A DNA stretch of 64,000 bases, from positions 408,147 to 472,146 of the forward strand of contig CAVXTM010000001.1 in NCBI GenBank assembly GCA_963764725.1. Direction: 5' to 3'. Both the position numbers and the translations under genes were made by a program. This document shows, piece after piece, positions 53,657 through 62,544 of the stretch (the stretch's first letter is position 1; each line of letters begins with the position of its first letter). The stretch is from an uncultured Gammaproteobacteria bacterium. Lineage in GTDB: Bacteria > Pseudomonadota > Gammaproteobacteria > JACCXJ01. The notes below the pieces were generated by a model that saw nothing but the letters and a program-made list of their open reading frames with translations, made no database searches and was not told the DNA's origin.

Positions 53657-54541
53657 TCAAGTATAAAGCGCACGCAACGCCGCGATTCGCTCTTCGATCG
53701 GCGGATGGCTCATAAAGAGCCGCCCGAGGCCCGAGGGCTTGCCTGCGATCCCGAAGGCCTCGAGGTGTTCGGGCATGGGATCTTGCTGAACCGAAGCGCC
53801 TAGGCGTTCTAAGGCCCGAATCATCTTGTCCCGCCCGGCCAGTTTGGCCCCGCCCGAGTCGGCGCGAAACTCGCGCCAGCGGCTGAACCACATCACGATG
53901 ATCATCGCCAGTACGCCGAGCACCATCTGGGCGATTATCGTCGTGATCCAGAAGCCCGGCCCATGCCCGCGTTCATTGCGAAACACGGCCCGATCCACCA
54001 ACTGACCGATGACCCGCGAGAGGAAAAACACGAAGGTGTTGACCACGCCTTGGATCAAGGCCAAGGTAACCATGTCGCCATTGGCCACGTGCGACATTTC
54101 GTGCCCCAGCACGGCCTCCACCTCCTCGCGACGCATCCGCTGCAGCAAACCGGTGCTGACCGCAACCAGCGCACGATCGCGATTGGCGCCGGTGGCAAAG
54201 GCGTTCAAGTCCGGAGAGTCATAAATCGCCACCTCGGGCACGCCGATCCCTGCCTCGCGCGCCTGGCGCGTCACGGTATCGAGCAACCACGTCTCGGCGC
54301 CATCGCGGGGCTGCTCAATGACTTGCAGCCCCATCATGCGCTTCGCGGTCCATTTCGAGATCAACAAGGAAATGATGGAACCGCCCATGCCGAATACACC
54401 CGCCATGATCAGTAGCCCGTTCAGGTTCATCCCGACCCCTTGGCCGGCCAAATAAGGTTCGACGCCAAAGAGCTTCACGATGATGCCGAGCAACAGCATC
54501 ACCGCGAGGTTGGTTATCAGGAACAACACGATACGTAGCAT
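53657..54541 (-). CDS. htpX: Zinc metalloprotease HtpX
   Basis: [33 protein letters not shown]. Confidence 0.97.
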   Translation of the reverse strand: MLRIVLFLITNLAVMLLLGIIVKLFGVEPYLAGQGVGMNLNGLLIMAGVFGMGGSIISLLISKWTAKRMMGLQVIEQPRDGAETWLLDTVTRQAREAGIGVPEVAIYDSPDLNAFATGANRDRALVAVSTGLLQRMRREEVEAVLGHEMSHVANGDMVTLALIQGVVNTFVFFLSRVIGQLVDRAVFRNERGHGPGFWITTIIAQMVLGVLAMIIVMWFSRWREFRADSGGAKLAGRDKMIRALERLGASVQQDPMPEHLEAFGIAGKPSGLGRLFMSHPPIEERIAALRALYT

Positions 54542-54563
54542 GGATGATCCTCCTTTTGCGTGT

Positions 54564-54592
54564 AATTGGGGGTAACGGACTCAAGGTTCAAG
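54564..54592 (-). promoter_or_regulatory. Sigma-32 promoter of htpX
   Basis: CTTGAA-15 nt-CCCCAATT matches the RpoH consensus. Confidence 0.75.
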
Positions 54593-54647
54593 TGCCCCGC
54601 TCGCCCGTCGCGACTTGCATAAAGTAATGCCGATGCTAAGCCGATAG

Positions 54648-54729
54648 TTATTCCCGCAGGACGGCTCCTCCCCCTCCCCGCTCATATCCGTCCTGCATTT
54701 GGCCGGGGCTTGCCTCGGCCATTTTTTTT
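54648..54729 (+). ncRNA. Candidate sRNA with C-rich anti-SD loop and intrinsic terminator
   Basis: GCAGGACGG/CCGTCCTGC stem with a CTCCTCCCCCTCCCC loop, then TGGCCGGGG-CTTG-CCTCGGCCA-T8, on the strand opposite both flanking genes. Confidence 0.5.
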
Positions 54730-54731
54730 AC

Positions 54732-56993
54732 TCATCGCTCGGTTTGCTGCGCCAGTAGCGCCGAGACATTCTGGAAGCCCCTCGGAAGCCGCTTACCGCT
54801 TCGGCCGCGCTCACCAGCATACGTCGGGAGATCTGCGGGAGCGAGGGTAAGGTGGCGCTGACCGGCACGCACGACCAAGGACGCACCCGCGGGAACAACT
54901 GTGAGCGCGGTAACATAATCCGCTCTCGACACCACCTTGGCGCTCGCGATATGGACCATTTTCAGGCCCTTACCCTTGGCAAGCTCGGGAAGCTCCTTCA
55001 AGGGGAACACCAAAAGACGTCCCGCTTTCGTAGCCGCGGCGACTCTGTCGCCGCTGATGTCATGGACGGCCGCGGGCGAGAGTATGCGCGCGGCGCGCGG
55101 GAGCGTGAGCACTGCCTTACCGGCCTTGTTCTTAGTATGAAGATCTTCCAGCCTGGCGATAAATCCGTAGCCGGCATCCGAGGCCATCAAGTACCGGGCA
55201 TCACCTTGCTCTAAGAGCACGCCTTCAAACGTCGCTCCCTCGGGCGGCGTCAAGCGCCCGGACAAGGGCTCGCCCAAGCCGCGCGCGGAGGGCAGCGAAT
55301 GTCCCGCTATGGAATAACACCGCCCGGTCGAATCGATGAATACCGCCAGTTGATTGCTGCGTCCGCAGGCCGCCGCCTTGAACTGATCACCCGCGCGGTA
55401 GCTCAGTTCCACGGGATCGATCTCATGCCCCTTGGCGGCTCGCACCCAACCCTTCTCCGAGAGCACGATGGTGATCGGCTCGTTCGGGATCAACGCGGCT
55501 TCATCGAGCGCCCGCGCCTCACCGCGTTCGACGATCGGCGCGCGGCGCGGATCGCCGTAGCGCTTGGCGTCGTCCAGAAGCTCGGCGCGGATCAGCGACT
55601 TGAGTTTTCTACTCGATCCCAAGGTCTGTTCCAGGCCCTTGCGCTCCTCGGCAAGCGCGCTCTGTTCGGTGCGAATCTTCTGCTCCTCGAGTCTCGCCAA
55701 ATGCCTGAGTTTGAGGTCCAGGATCGCCTCCGCCTGGATCTCGGTGAGGCCGAAGCGGCTCATCAGCACCGGTCGCGGCGATTCTTCATTGCGGATGATG
55801 GCGATGACCTCATCGAGGTTGAGATAGGCGATGAGCAGTCCTTCGAGGATTTGCAAACGCTCGTTGACTTGGTTCAAGCGATGCTGTAAGCGCCGGCGCA
55901 CCGTCGCTGTCCTAAACTCCAGCCACTCCGTTAGCAAGGTCTTAAGGTCCTTGACCTGCGGGCGCCCGTCCAAGCCGATAACGTTTATATTGACGCGGTA
56001 GCTGCGTTCGAGATCGGTGGTTGCGAAGAGGTGCGCCATCACGCCGTCGGCATCCACGCGGTTCGAGCGCGGCGCCAACACCAGCCGCACCGGTGTCTCG
56101 TGATCGGACTCGTCGCGCAGATCCTCGATCATGGGCAGCTTCTTGGCGTTCATCTGCGCGGCGATCTGCTCGAGGATGCGTTCCCCCGAGCTTTGGTACG
56201 GCAGAGCGGTGATGACGATGTTGCCGTCCTCCAGCTCGTAGATGGCCCGCATGCGCACCGTACCGGCGCCGCTCTCGTAGATTGCCCGCAACTGCTCGCG
56301 CGGGGTCACGATCTCGGCCGCGGTGGGAAAATCGGGGCCCAGCACGTGCTGACACAGATCGGCGATCGTGGCCTTCGGCCGATCGAGAAGCTCGACGCAG
56401 GCTTGCGTGATCTCCACGAGGTTATGCGGAGGAATGTCGGTGGCCATGCCGACCGCGATCCCGGTGGTGCCGTTCAAGAGCACATTGGGCAACCGCGCCG
56501 GCAGCAAGCGCGGTTCCTCCAAGGTCCCGTCGAAATTCGGCACCCACTCGACGGTCCCGAGCCCCAGTTCTTTCAACACTACCTCGGCATAGCGGGTCAG
56601 GCGCGCCTCGGTATAGCGCATGGCGGCGAAGGACTTGGGGTTGTCCGTCGATCCCCAATTGCCTTGCCCGTCGATGAACGGATAGCGGTAGGCGAAGGGT
56701 TGCGCCATCAATACCATGGCCTCGTAGCAGGCCATATCGCCGTGGGGATGGAATTTTCCCAACACATCCCCCACGGTGCGCGCCGATTTCTTATGCTTGG
56801 AACCGGCCGATAGCCCAAGCTCCGACATCGCATAGATAATGCGCCGCTGGACCGGTTTCAAGCCGTCCCCGATGTGGGGCAGCGCCCGGTCCAGAATGAC
56901 GTACATGGAATAGTCGAGGTAGGCGCGCTCGCTGAACTCGTGCAGCGGCCGGCGCTCGACATTGTCGAAGTTGAACTCTAGCGACTCGGGCAT
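54732..56993 (-). CDS. parC: DNA topoisomerase IV subunit A
   Basis: [47 protein letters not shown]-terminus. Confidence 0.97.
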   Translation of the reverse strand: MPESLEFNFDNVERRPLHEFSERAYLDYSMYVILDRALPHIGDGLKPVQRRIIYAMSELGLSAGSKHKKSARTVGDVLGKFHPHGDMACYEAMVLMAQPFAYRYPFIDGQGNWGSTDNPKSFAAMRYTEARLTRYAEVVLKELGLGTVEWVPNFDGTLEEPRLLPARLPNVLLNGTTGIAVGMATDIPPHNLVEITQACVELLDRPKATIADLCQHVLGPDFPTAAEIVTPREQLRAIYESGAGTVRMRAIYELEDGNIVITALPYQSSGERILEQIAAQMNAKKLPMIEDLRDESDHETPVRLVLAPRSNRVDADGVMAHLFATTDLERSYRVNINVIGLDGRPQVKDLKTLLTEWLEFRTATVRRRLQHRLNQVNERLQILEGLLIAYLNLDEVIAIIRNEESPRPVLMSRFGLTEIQAEAILDLKLRHLARLEEQKIRTEQSALAEERKGLEQTLGSSRKLKSLIRAELLDDAKRYGDPRRAPIVERGEARALDEAALIPNEPITIVLSEKGWVRAAKGHEIDPVELSYRAGDQFKAAACGRSNQLAVFIDSTGRCYSIAGHSLPSARGLGEPLSGRLTPPEGATFEGVLLEQGDARYLMASDAGYGFIARLEDLHTKNKAGKAVLTLPRAARILSPAAVHDISGDRVAAATKAGRLLVFPLKELPELAKGKGLKMVHIASAKVVSRADYVTALTVVPAGASLVVRAGQRHLTLAPADLPTYAGERGRSGKRLPRGFQNVSALLAQQTER

Positions 56994-57089
56994 AAGAGTA
57001 TTGAGACGGGATCCGCTGAGGATTTTAGCCCTGAGCGGTCCGCATGCAAAGCCTCGGCGTGCAGCGAACTCAAACGGCCGCCAGATCCC

Positions 57090-57180
57090 GTAGGACGGAT
57101 GCCCGCCAGGGCGATCCGCCGCATGGAATTTATCGCCACCACCCGTTCGGCGGAACGCCATAAAACGGCTTCCGCCCTGC
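57090..57180. repeat. REPIN (inverted GTAG-type REP pair) related to the RAYT-flanking REPs
   Basis: GTAGGACGGAT...ATCCGCCG and CGGCGGAACGCCATAAAACGGCTTCCGCCCTGC. Confidence 0.7.
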
Positions 57181-57336
57181 GCGCTATGTGGCAGATTGTC
57201 ACAGTGTTCCTGCGGCACCTGTCAGCGCCAACCGTGAATAGTGCAATCGAGTTTCGCAGGAAACGACGGCGTGTGGATGGAAGGTCGTCCCGCCGGTGTG
57301 TATACTTGAGCGTAGATACATCTTGGGGAGTAAGCG

Positions 57337-57567
57337 ATGAAGACCGCAAAGATTTTCACGCACGGGCACAGTCAAGCGGTGCGCCTGCCAAAGGAGTTCC
57401 GCTTCAAGGTCGATGAGGTCTATATCGAGAAGTCTGGCGAAGACATCATTCTGATGCCGAAGAAGCCGGACCCCTGGCGTAATGTCCGCGCTGTCGTTGG
57501 GAAGTTCAAAGGCCCGCTGGATCGTGCTCAAGCCGAAGCCTTCGACAATCGAGACTGGCCCACGTGA
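57337..57567 (+). CDS. vapB: VapB/VagC antitoxin (AbrB fold)
   Basis: AKIFTHGHSQAVRLPKEFRF. Confidence 0.92.
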   Translation: MKTAKIFTHGHSQAVRLPKEFRFKVDEVYIEKSGEDIILMPKKPDPWRNVRAVVGKFKGPLDRAQAEAFDNRDWPT

Positions 57568-57901
57568 GCTACATGCTAGATACAGACATTTGCATTTATC
57601 TTTTGACCGACCGAGTGCCGGAAAAGCGCGAGCACATCCTCGCTCGCCAACCCGAGGAGCCGTTACTGCTTTCGGCAGTCACGGTGTCGGAATTGAGCTA
57701 CGGTGTAGAGAAGAGTAAGTGGCGTAAGGCGAATACCGCTTTGCTCGATAGATTCCTGTGCGACTTCCAAGTCTTGCCCTATGATGAGAAGGCGGCACGA
57801 ACTTGCGGTATCGTCCGAGCCGCTCTTGAGAAGAAGGGGCGCCCTATCGGTCCTATGGATACCCTGGTTTGACTATTAAAGATTGGACGATACCGGCGTA
57901 G
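57564..57901 (+). pseudogene. vapC: VapC PIN toxin with internal deletion
   Basis: YMLDTDICI, SEL.YG, GRPIGPMDTL then jumps to PGLTIKDW in another frame; the IAAHA...VTNN segment is missing. Confidence 0.8.
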
Positions 57902-57923
57902 GCCCCGCGGGTTATCGCGTGTT

Positions 57924-58001
57924 CCCGTATGTAGCGTAGCGGAATACGGGGAATTCGGTTCTCCGAAACATCCCGGATTCCATTTCATTCCATCCAGGCT
58001 T
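57924..58001. repeat. REP/REPIN-like element
   Basis: CCCGTATGTAGCGTAGCGGAATACGGGG...CCCGGATTCCATTTCATTCCATCCAGGCT. Confidence 0.7.
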
Positions 58002-58067
58002 GCTGAACTCGTGCAGCGGCCGGCGCTCGACATTGTCGAAGTTGAAGTCTAGCGACTCGGGCATAAG
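58002..58067 (-). repeat. 66-bp direct-repeat copy of the parC 5' end (56931-56996)
   Basis: Identical except one base; encodes [21 protein letters not shown]. Confidence 0.92.
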
Positions 58068-58081
58068 CGAATTCGCCACCC

Positions 58082-58769
58082 AGCTCGTAGGGCGGAAGCC
58101 GCTTTTTGGCGTTCCGCCGAATGATTGCACGGTCGTATGATCCATCGATGCCGGACTATCGACGTTACCGCATACCGGTGGCACCTATTTCTTCACCGTC
58201 AATCTGTTGGAACGGCGTACGGACCTGCTGATCCGGTATATCGAGGTCTTACGTGAAGCCGTGCGGCGCACGCGGGTCGAGCGGCCTTTTCATATCGATG
58301 GATGGGTGGTTTTGCCGGACCACTTTCATTGCGTGCTCACCCTGCCACCCGGAGACGATGATTTTTCCAATCGTATCAAGGGAATCAAGATTCGATTCGT
58401 GCGGACCATCGAACCGAGCGAGCGCCGGTCATCGGTGCGCGTTGCCCGCGGCGAAAGCCAGGGCCAGGGATGGCCCTGCCGGGCGCGCCGAGGATGCAGC
58501 GCGGCGTCTGGCAACGCCGATTTTGGGAACATGCGGTTCGCGATGACGTGGATTACACTCGTCACATGGACTACCTTCACTACAATCCGGTCAAACACGG
58601 CCATGTCAGAGCGGTAGTGCAATGGCCGTATTCAACCTTTCACCGCTGGGTACGAGCCGGTGTCTACTCGTCCGAATGGGGTGGCACCGGGGTTATCGAC
58701 GGGGCCGTTGGCGAGCGGGGGTGAAATCATACGGCGGAACGCCAAAAAGCGGCTTCCGCCCTACGAGCT
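58082..58769 (+). mobile_element. REP-associated tyrosine transposase (RAYT, 58148-58724, disrupted) between perfect 38-bp inverted REPs
   Basis: MPDYRR..GGTYFFTV, VVLPDHFH, WQRRFWEH, YLHYNPVKHG, WPYSTF; IRs at 58082-58119 and 58732-58769. Confidence 0.9.
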
Positions 58770-59057
58770 CTTTCGAAACAGACCAGTTCTCCATCCGATT
58801 TGGCTCACTCTAATGGGACGATCGCCGGTGTTGACGATCCGAAAGACGGCGAATTCTGGGTATGGCTTCTTACTTCCTGGACCAATGAGGATACGGTGTC
58901 CAACGGAGACTCGAGCAGAAGGCTTTACCGCCCTGTTTGCAATGTAAAGGGCTACGCCTGCAGCTGCAAATGATCCGGCAGCGGCGAACCAGCTCGCAAA
59001 CGAGTTTATGAGATCCCATTGCGCTTTGCTGATTCCAAAAAGCGATGCCTCGGACAT
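58761..59057 (-). pseudogene. Integron cassette ORF (single-TM hypothetical protein) truncated by the REP/RAYT
   Basis: Starts just after attC core GTTAGTC; N-terminal TM; frame ends inside the REP. Confidence 0.65.
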
Positions 59058-59060
59058 GAG

Positions 59061-59116
59061 GACTAACCGCATTAACTCAGCGGCGGCGAAGCCGTCCGCT
59101 GGAAGCCTCGTTATGC
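59061..59116 (-). other. attC site (after hicB)
   Basis: GCATAAC...CAGCGG-hairpin-CCGCTG...GTTAGTC; includes the hicB stop. Confidence 0.85.
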
Positions 59117-59326
59117 GGCATCAACCTCAACAACTTCACTGTGAGAGTGTGGCTCTGGGATAGCATATCCGTCCTCTTTCAGTCCCTCGAGGTGGAACTC
59201 TATGGCCTCTCGTATAAGCGTCAGAACTTCACTCTGACTCTCCCCGGCAACGATGCAACCCGGGAGATCTGGGACATAGGCTCCCCAACTCGTGGGACCT
59301 TCTTCAATGATTACTGTATATCGCAT
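59111..59326 (-). CDS. hicB: HicB antitoxin
   Basis: Y.VIIEEG..SWGAYVPDLPGC..AGE...EAIEFHLEGL. Confidence 0.9.
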   Translation of the reverse strand: MRYTVIIEEGPTSWGAYVPDLPGCIVAGESQSEVLTLIREAIEFHLEGLKEDGYAIPEPHSHSEVVEVDAA

Positions 59327-59335
59327 AAACTCGTC

Positions 59336-59523
59336 TCACTTTTTCAGGCCAGCCTGTTTCAGCGCATTATTAAGCGTACCAGGCGGTACATCAATATTCG
59401 GCTTCCCAGATACCGTCACAGTTCCCGGTTTTTCGGGTGTTTAAATTGCCGGTGACTACCTCGTTGTCGTATTTGCGTCCAGCCGTCTGCCTCGATCAGC
59501 TTTATCAGCTAGTTGACTTTCAT
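59336..59523 (-). pseudogene. hicA: HicA toxin (in-frame TAG at codon 5 plus a 1-bp indel)
   Basis: MKVN*LIKLIEADGW...RGSHRQFKHP..PGTVTV...PGTLNNALKQAGL. Confidence 0.85.
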
Positions 59524-59553
59524 CCAGAACTGTTCCCGTGATTCCCCTGTGCC

Positions 59554-60922
59554 GCATAACGCCGCGGTTCAGGCGCGCCCGAGCGCACAGCGCGACGGCG
59601 TCGCCTGGAACCGCTTGTGTACGCCCGACATGGGCATGAACTGATGGGGTGAAAGTCCCCTGTAGGAGTACCTGTAATGTCCCCGATGTGGACGACTATA
59701 ACTACTAGCCGACGGCAAGGGCGATCCCGCGTGGGGTTGTCTGAAGGAAGCCCGAGGGCAAAGGTGCGAGCCGACGGACAGAAATCGCATAGAAGGCTCA
59801 GTCTCCGGGCGAGTCAGCACCAGATGACAAAGCCCACCGGGTACAGGGATAGGGTAAATGCGGCGGTTGTGCACTGACAGTGGATGCGCGCCCCCTTCGG
59901 GCGTGGACTTGGATTTGGAGAAATTCTTCGACCGAGTCAACCACGATGTGCTGATGGCCCGCGTGGCCAGGAAGGTGAGAGATAAATGCCTTCTCGGCTT
60001 GATAAGCCGCTACCTGCGTACTGGTCGGGGACTTCATCCAAGCAACGGAGCTGGGTACGCCGCAAGGTAGTCCACTCTCCCCACTGCTCGCCAATATTCT
60101 CTTGGATGACCTCGATAAAGAGCTGGAGCGGCGCGACACCGGTTTGTCAGATCCGCCGATGATCTCCGCATACTGGTCAGAAGCCAGCGTGCAGGGGAGC
60201 GCGTCAAAACCAGCGTTACGCGTTTCTTGACCGGTAAGCTGAAGCTTACCGTCAACGAGCAGAAAGAGCCGGGTGGTCAAGACCAATGATCGTGAGTTCC
60301 TGGGGTTTACCTTCCGAGGAACGAAACTGCGCTGGTCCGACCAAGCCTTCGCCGACTCCAAGCATACGGGTCTGGAAACTCACCGGTTGAGGAGCTGGGG
60401 TGTCTCGATGGACTACCGGCTCGACAGGCTCACGCGTTACGTTCGAGGTTGGATGAATTATTTCGGCATCTCGGATTACTACCGGCCCATACCGGAGATG
60501 GATGCGTGGCTGCGTCGGCGTATCCGCATGTGCTACTGGAAACAGTGGCGCTGGGTGCGTACGAAGGTCCGCCATCTTCTGGCGTTGGGAACGAGTAAGC
60601 GTCAAGCGATTTTGACCGCGATCAGTAGCAAGAGCTATTGGCACTTGTCGAAGACCTTGGCGACACAAACCGCGATAACCAATGACTGGCTCAAGAGCCA
60701 GGGCTTGATATCCGTGCGTGCGCTTTGGATGCGTGCCCACGGCTATACCTGATGTTCTCGTGTGCTCCACTTTTGTGACCGTTCCGCCAGGAGCGGAACG
60801 GGACGCTTTAGCGCCCGCAGGGTGCGCGCCATGGATGGCGGGCATCACCCCCGGTGCGGACCCGCATGCCGTGGTGGTGTGGGGACCGGGGGTTAAAAGC
60901 CCCCGGTTACCCGATTAGGGGC
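59554..60922 (-). other. attC site of the AbiTii-like cassette, split by a group II intron
   Basis: Removing 59619-60915 rebuilds CCCTAACAAGCGGTTCCAGGCG...CGCCTGAACCGCGGCGTTATGC. Confidence 0.85.
59619..60915 (+). mobile_element. Degenerate group IIC-attC intron with internally deleted RT/maturase
   Basis: 5' GTACGCCCGACATGGGC after exon TTGT; RT pieces DLEKFFDRVNHD, TPQG.PLSPLL.NI.LD, R-S-ADD, FLGFTF, domain X; DV/DVI ending ...GGTTACCCGAT. Confidence 0.9.
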
Positions 60923-60929
60923 GGAACTC

Positions 60930-61951
60930 TCACAGCAGGCCGAGAATATCGCCGACTATAAGGTACGTGTACACCACGTAACGATCAGCCTCTTCCCTAT
61001 TTACGATCGTGGCATGTGATCCCTTCTGTGCGGCTTTGAAAATGCTGTCGAGACGGTCTCCAATGAATGCAAGCTGACTGCCGACAATGTCTGTGAATCT
61101 TTCCGATGCCGCACGCTGCTCGATGAACGCGACGAGACGATTAATGTATTGATCCGCACTCCGTCGAATGGTTTTCTGCTTGCCGTTGACTTCGATGACT
61201 TTGTCGTCTCTAGCTGGATAAACACTATCTGCTAGGTCCTGAAGGATTCTTCGACAGCTGTGAACAGCGTTTGACCAATCCTCTGGATTCTCCGATTGAA
61301 GATTGTCGTAGACGGCGCTCAGCTTCTGAACAGCATCGGGGACGCGTTCGCCGATTACCGAGTCCACTTTCTCCCGAACACGAGAGAAGATGTCATCCGC
61401 GATTCCTGAGTACTTGAGTTCATAGCTCCGAGCCAGCACATATGAATAAATGAAGGAGCGCCGAGAAGAGAGGCGCTGCTGTGCTAAGGATGCGCTGCTT
61501 CGCAGAGTATCTCTTTCGAACTTATTTCCCACGGGATTCCACACCGTCTGGTTTCGATTCGCGGAGGAAACCGATACGTCGGGGTCCCTTGCGGCAGCTA
61601 GCGCTGCATCAAAGCCCTTTAGCTCTTTCTCCAGCTCCTCAATCGATGTCCTATAGATGAAGTTCTTGATCTCCCCAGATTTACTGTCCTTCTGCTGAAA
61701 CTCCCCCTGCAATCTTCCAGTTGATATATGTCATGCGGGACGCCATCAGGCGTTCCCGGACGATAGCCGCTCGCCTCATACTCCATAACTTTCTGGAGGG
61801 AAAAATCGTTAACTAATCGGGCCAGCCGTGATGTCTTTAGCGCGACATTGGCAAGAGGCAACTCGCTTAGCTCAATGTTTTGCAGTATCTGCTCTGAGAG
61901 CGTAAGGGCCTCGCGCAGGGCCTGTCTGGTCGGTGGTATCGCGTCGGTCAT
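60930..61951 (-). CDS. AbiTii-like domain protein, integron cassette (frameshift near 61715)
   Basis: ILQNIELSELPLANVALK.SRLARL...YE.SGY N-domain; EDWSNAVHSCRRIL...QKGSH C-domain. Confidence 0.65.
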
Positions 61952-61958
61952 TTGTTCG

Positions 61959-62032
61959 CTCTAACGTCCGCGATGACGCGCGCCCGGAAGCGCGCAGCAC
62001 TTTCTGACGCGCTGTCGATCGCGTTGTTAGAA
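61959..62032 (-). other. attC site
   Basis: TTCTAACAACGCGATC...ATCGCGGACGTTAGAG. Confidence 0.8.
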
Positions 62033-62039
62033 GGCGCTT

Positions 62040-62511
62040 TCACTTGATATCGCTATTCGCTTGCCAAAACGCGAAGACCCTTTCGGCGAGTTCCACGGCA
62101 GACAACGAGTCGCCGAGATAGTTGCGCCGCAGCACCCTTCAGCCTGACCGTAAGCCGCCTGCCACCAAAATAGCCGCTGCCGAAGTAGCGTGGCGCGAAG
62201 TATGACGCTGCGAAGTAACCCCCGCTTTGGCCAGAAGCTTCGACTGAGTTGTGGTGTGGCGAAAGTTGGTCGTAGTGCTTGGCACCATTGGCAAGGTGGG
62301 AAACGACCTGAAGTAGAGGCTCGCCATTCGGAGCGTCTCCCTCTTGCCTCGATTCGCCTTGCCCGGGTGGCGCAGTCCAGCATGTGCTCGGCGGTAATGA
62401 AGAAGTTCATCGCGCAGTCAGCGTCATTCGGCGAGGAGCGCAACTGGACAAGCTCGCGCTCAAGCACGCAAGAGCGTCCGCTGGTGTGGTCCGGCCGAAT
62501 GCGCCTGCCAT
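62040..62511 (-). CDS. Hypothetical HEPN-like protein, integron cassette (several frameshifts)
   Basis: AMNFFITAEHMLD and VSHLANGAKH; cassette ends GTTAGAAGGCG and CGCCTTCTAAC are exact complements. Confidence 0.55.
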
Positions 62512-62524
62512 CGGTTTCAGCGCC

Positions 62525-62544
62525 TTCTAACGCCCGCGTTAGGG
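62525..62544 (-). other. Collapsed 20-bp attC (R boxes only)
   Basis: CCCTAAC-GCGGGC-GTTAGAA at the SIR2-like stop codon. Confidence 0.7.

Noticed and set aside
13524-59512. Amber (TAG) codon reassignment
   Set aside because: Several intact genes end at TAG at their expected C-termini (for example 9219, 36920, 38864).
59619-60915. Retron, DGR or defence-associated reverse transcriptase
   Set aside because: Intron 5' end, DV/DVI, maturase domain X and the attC target identify a group IIC intron.
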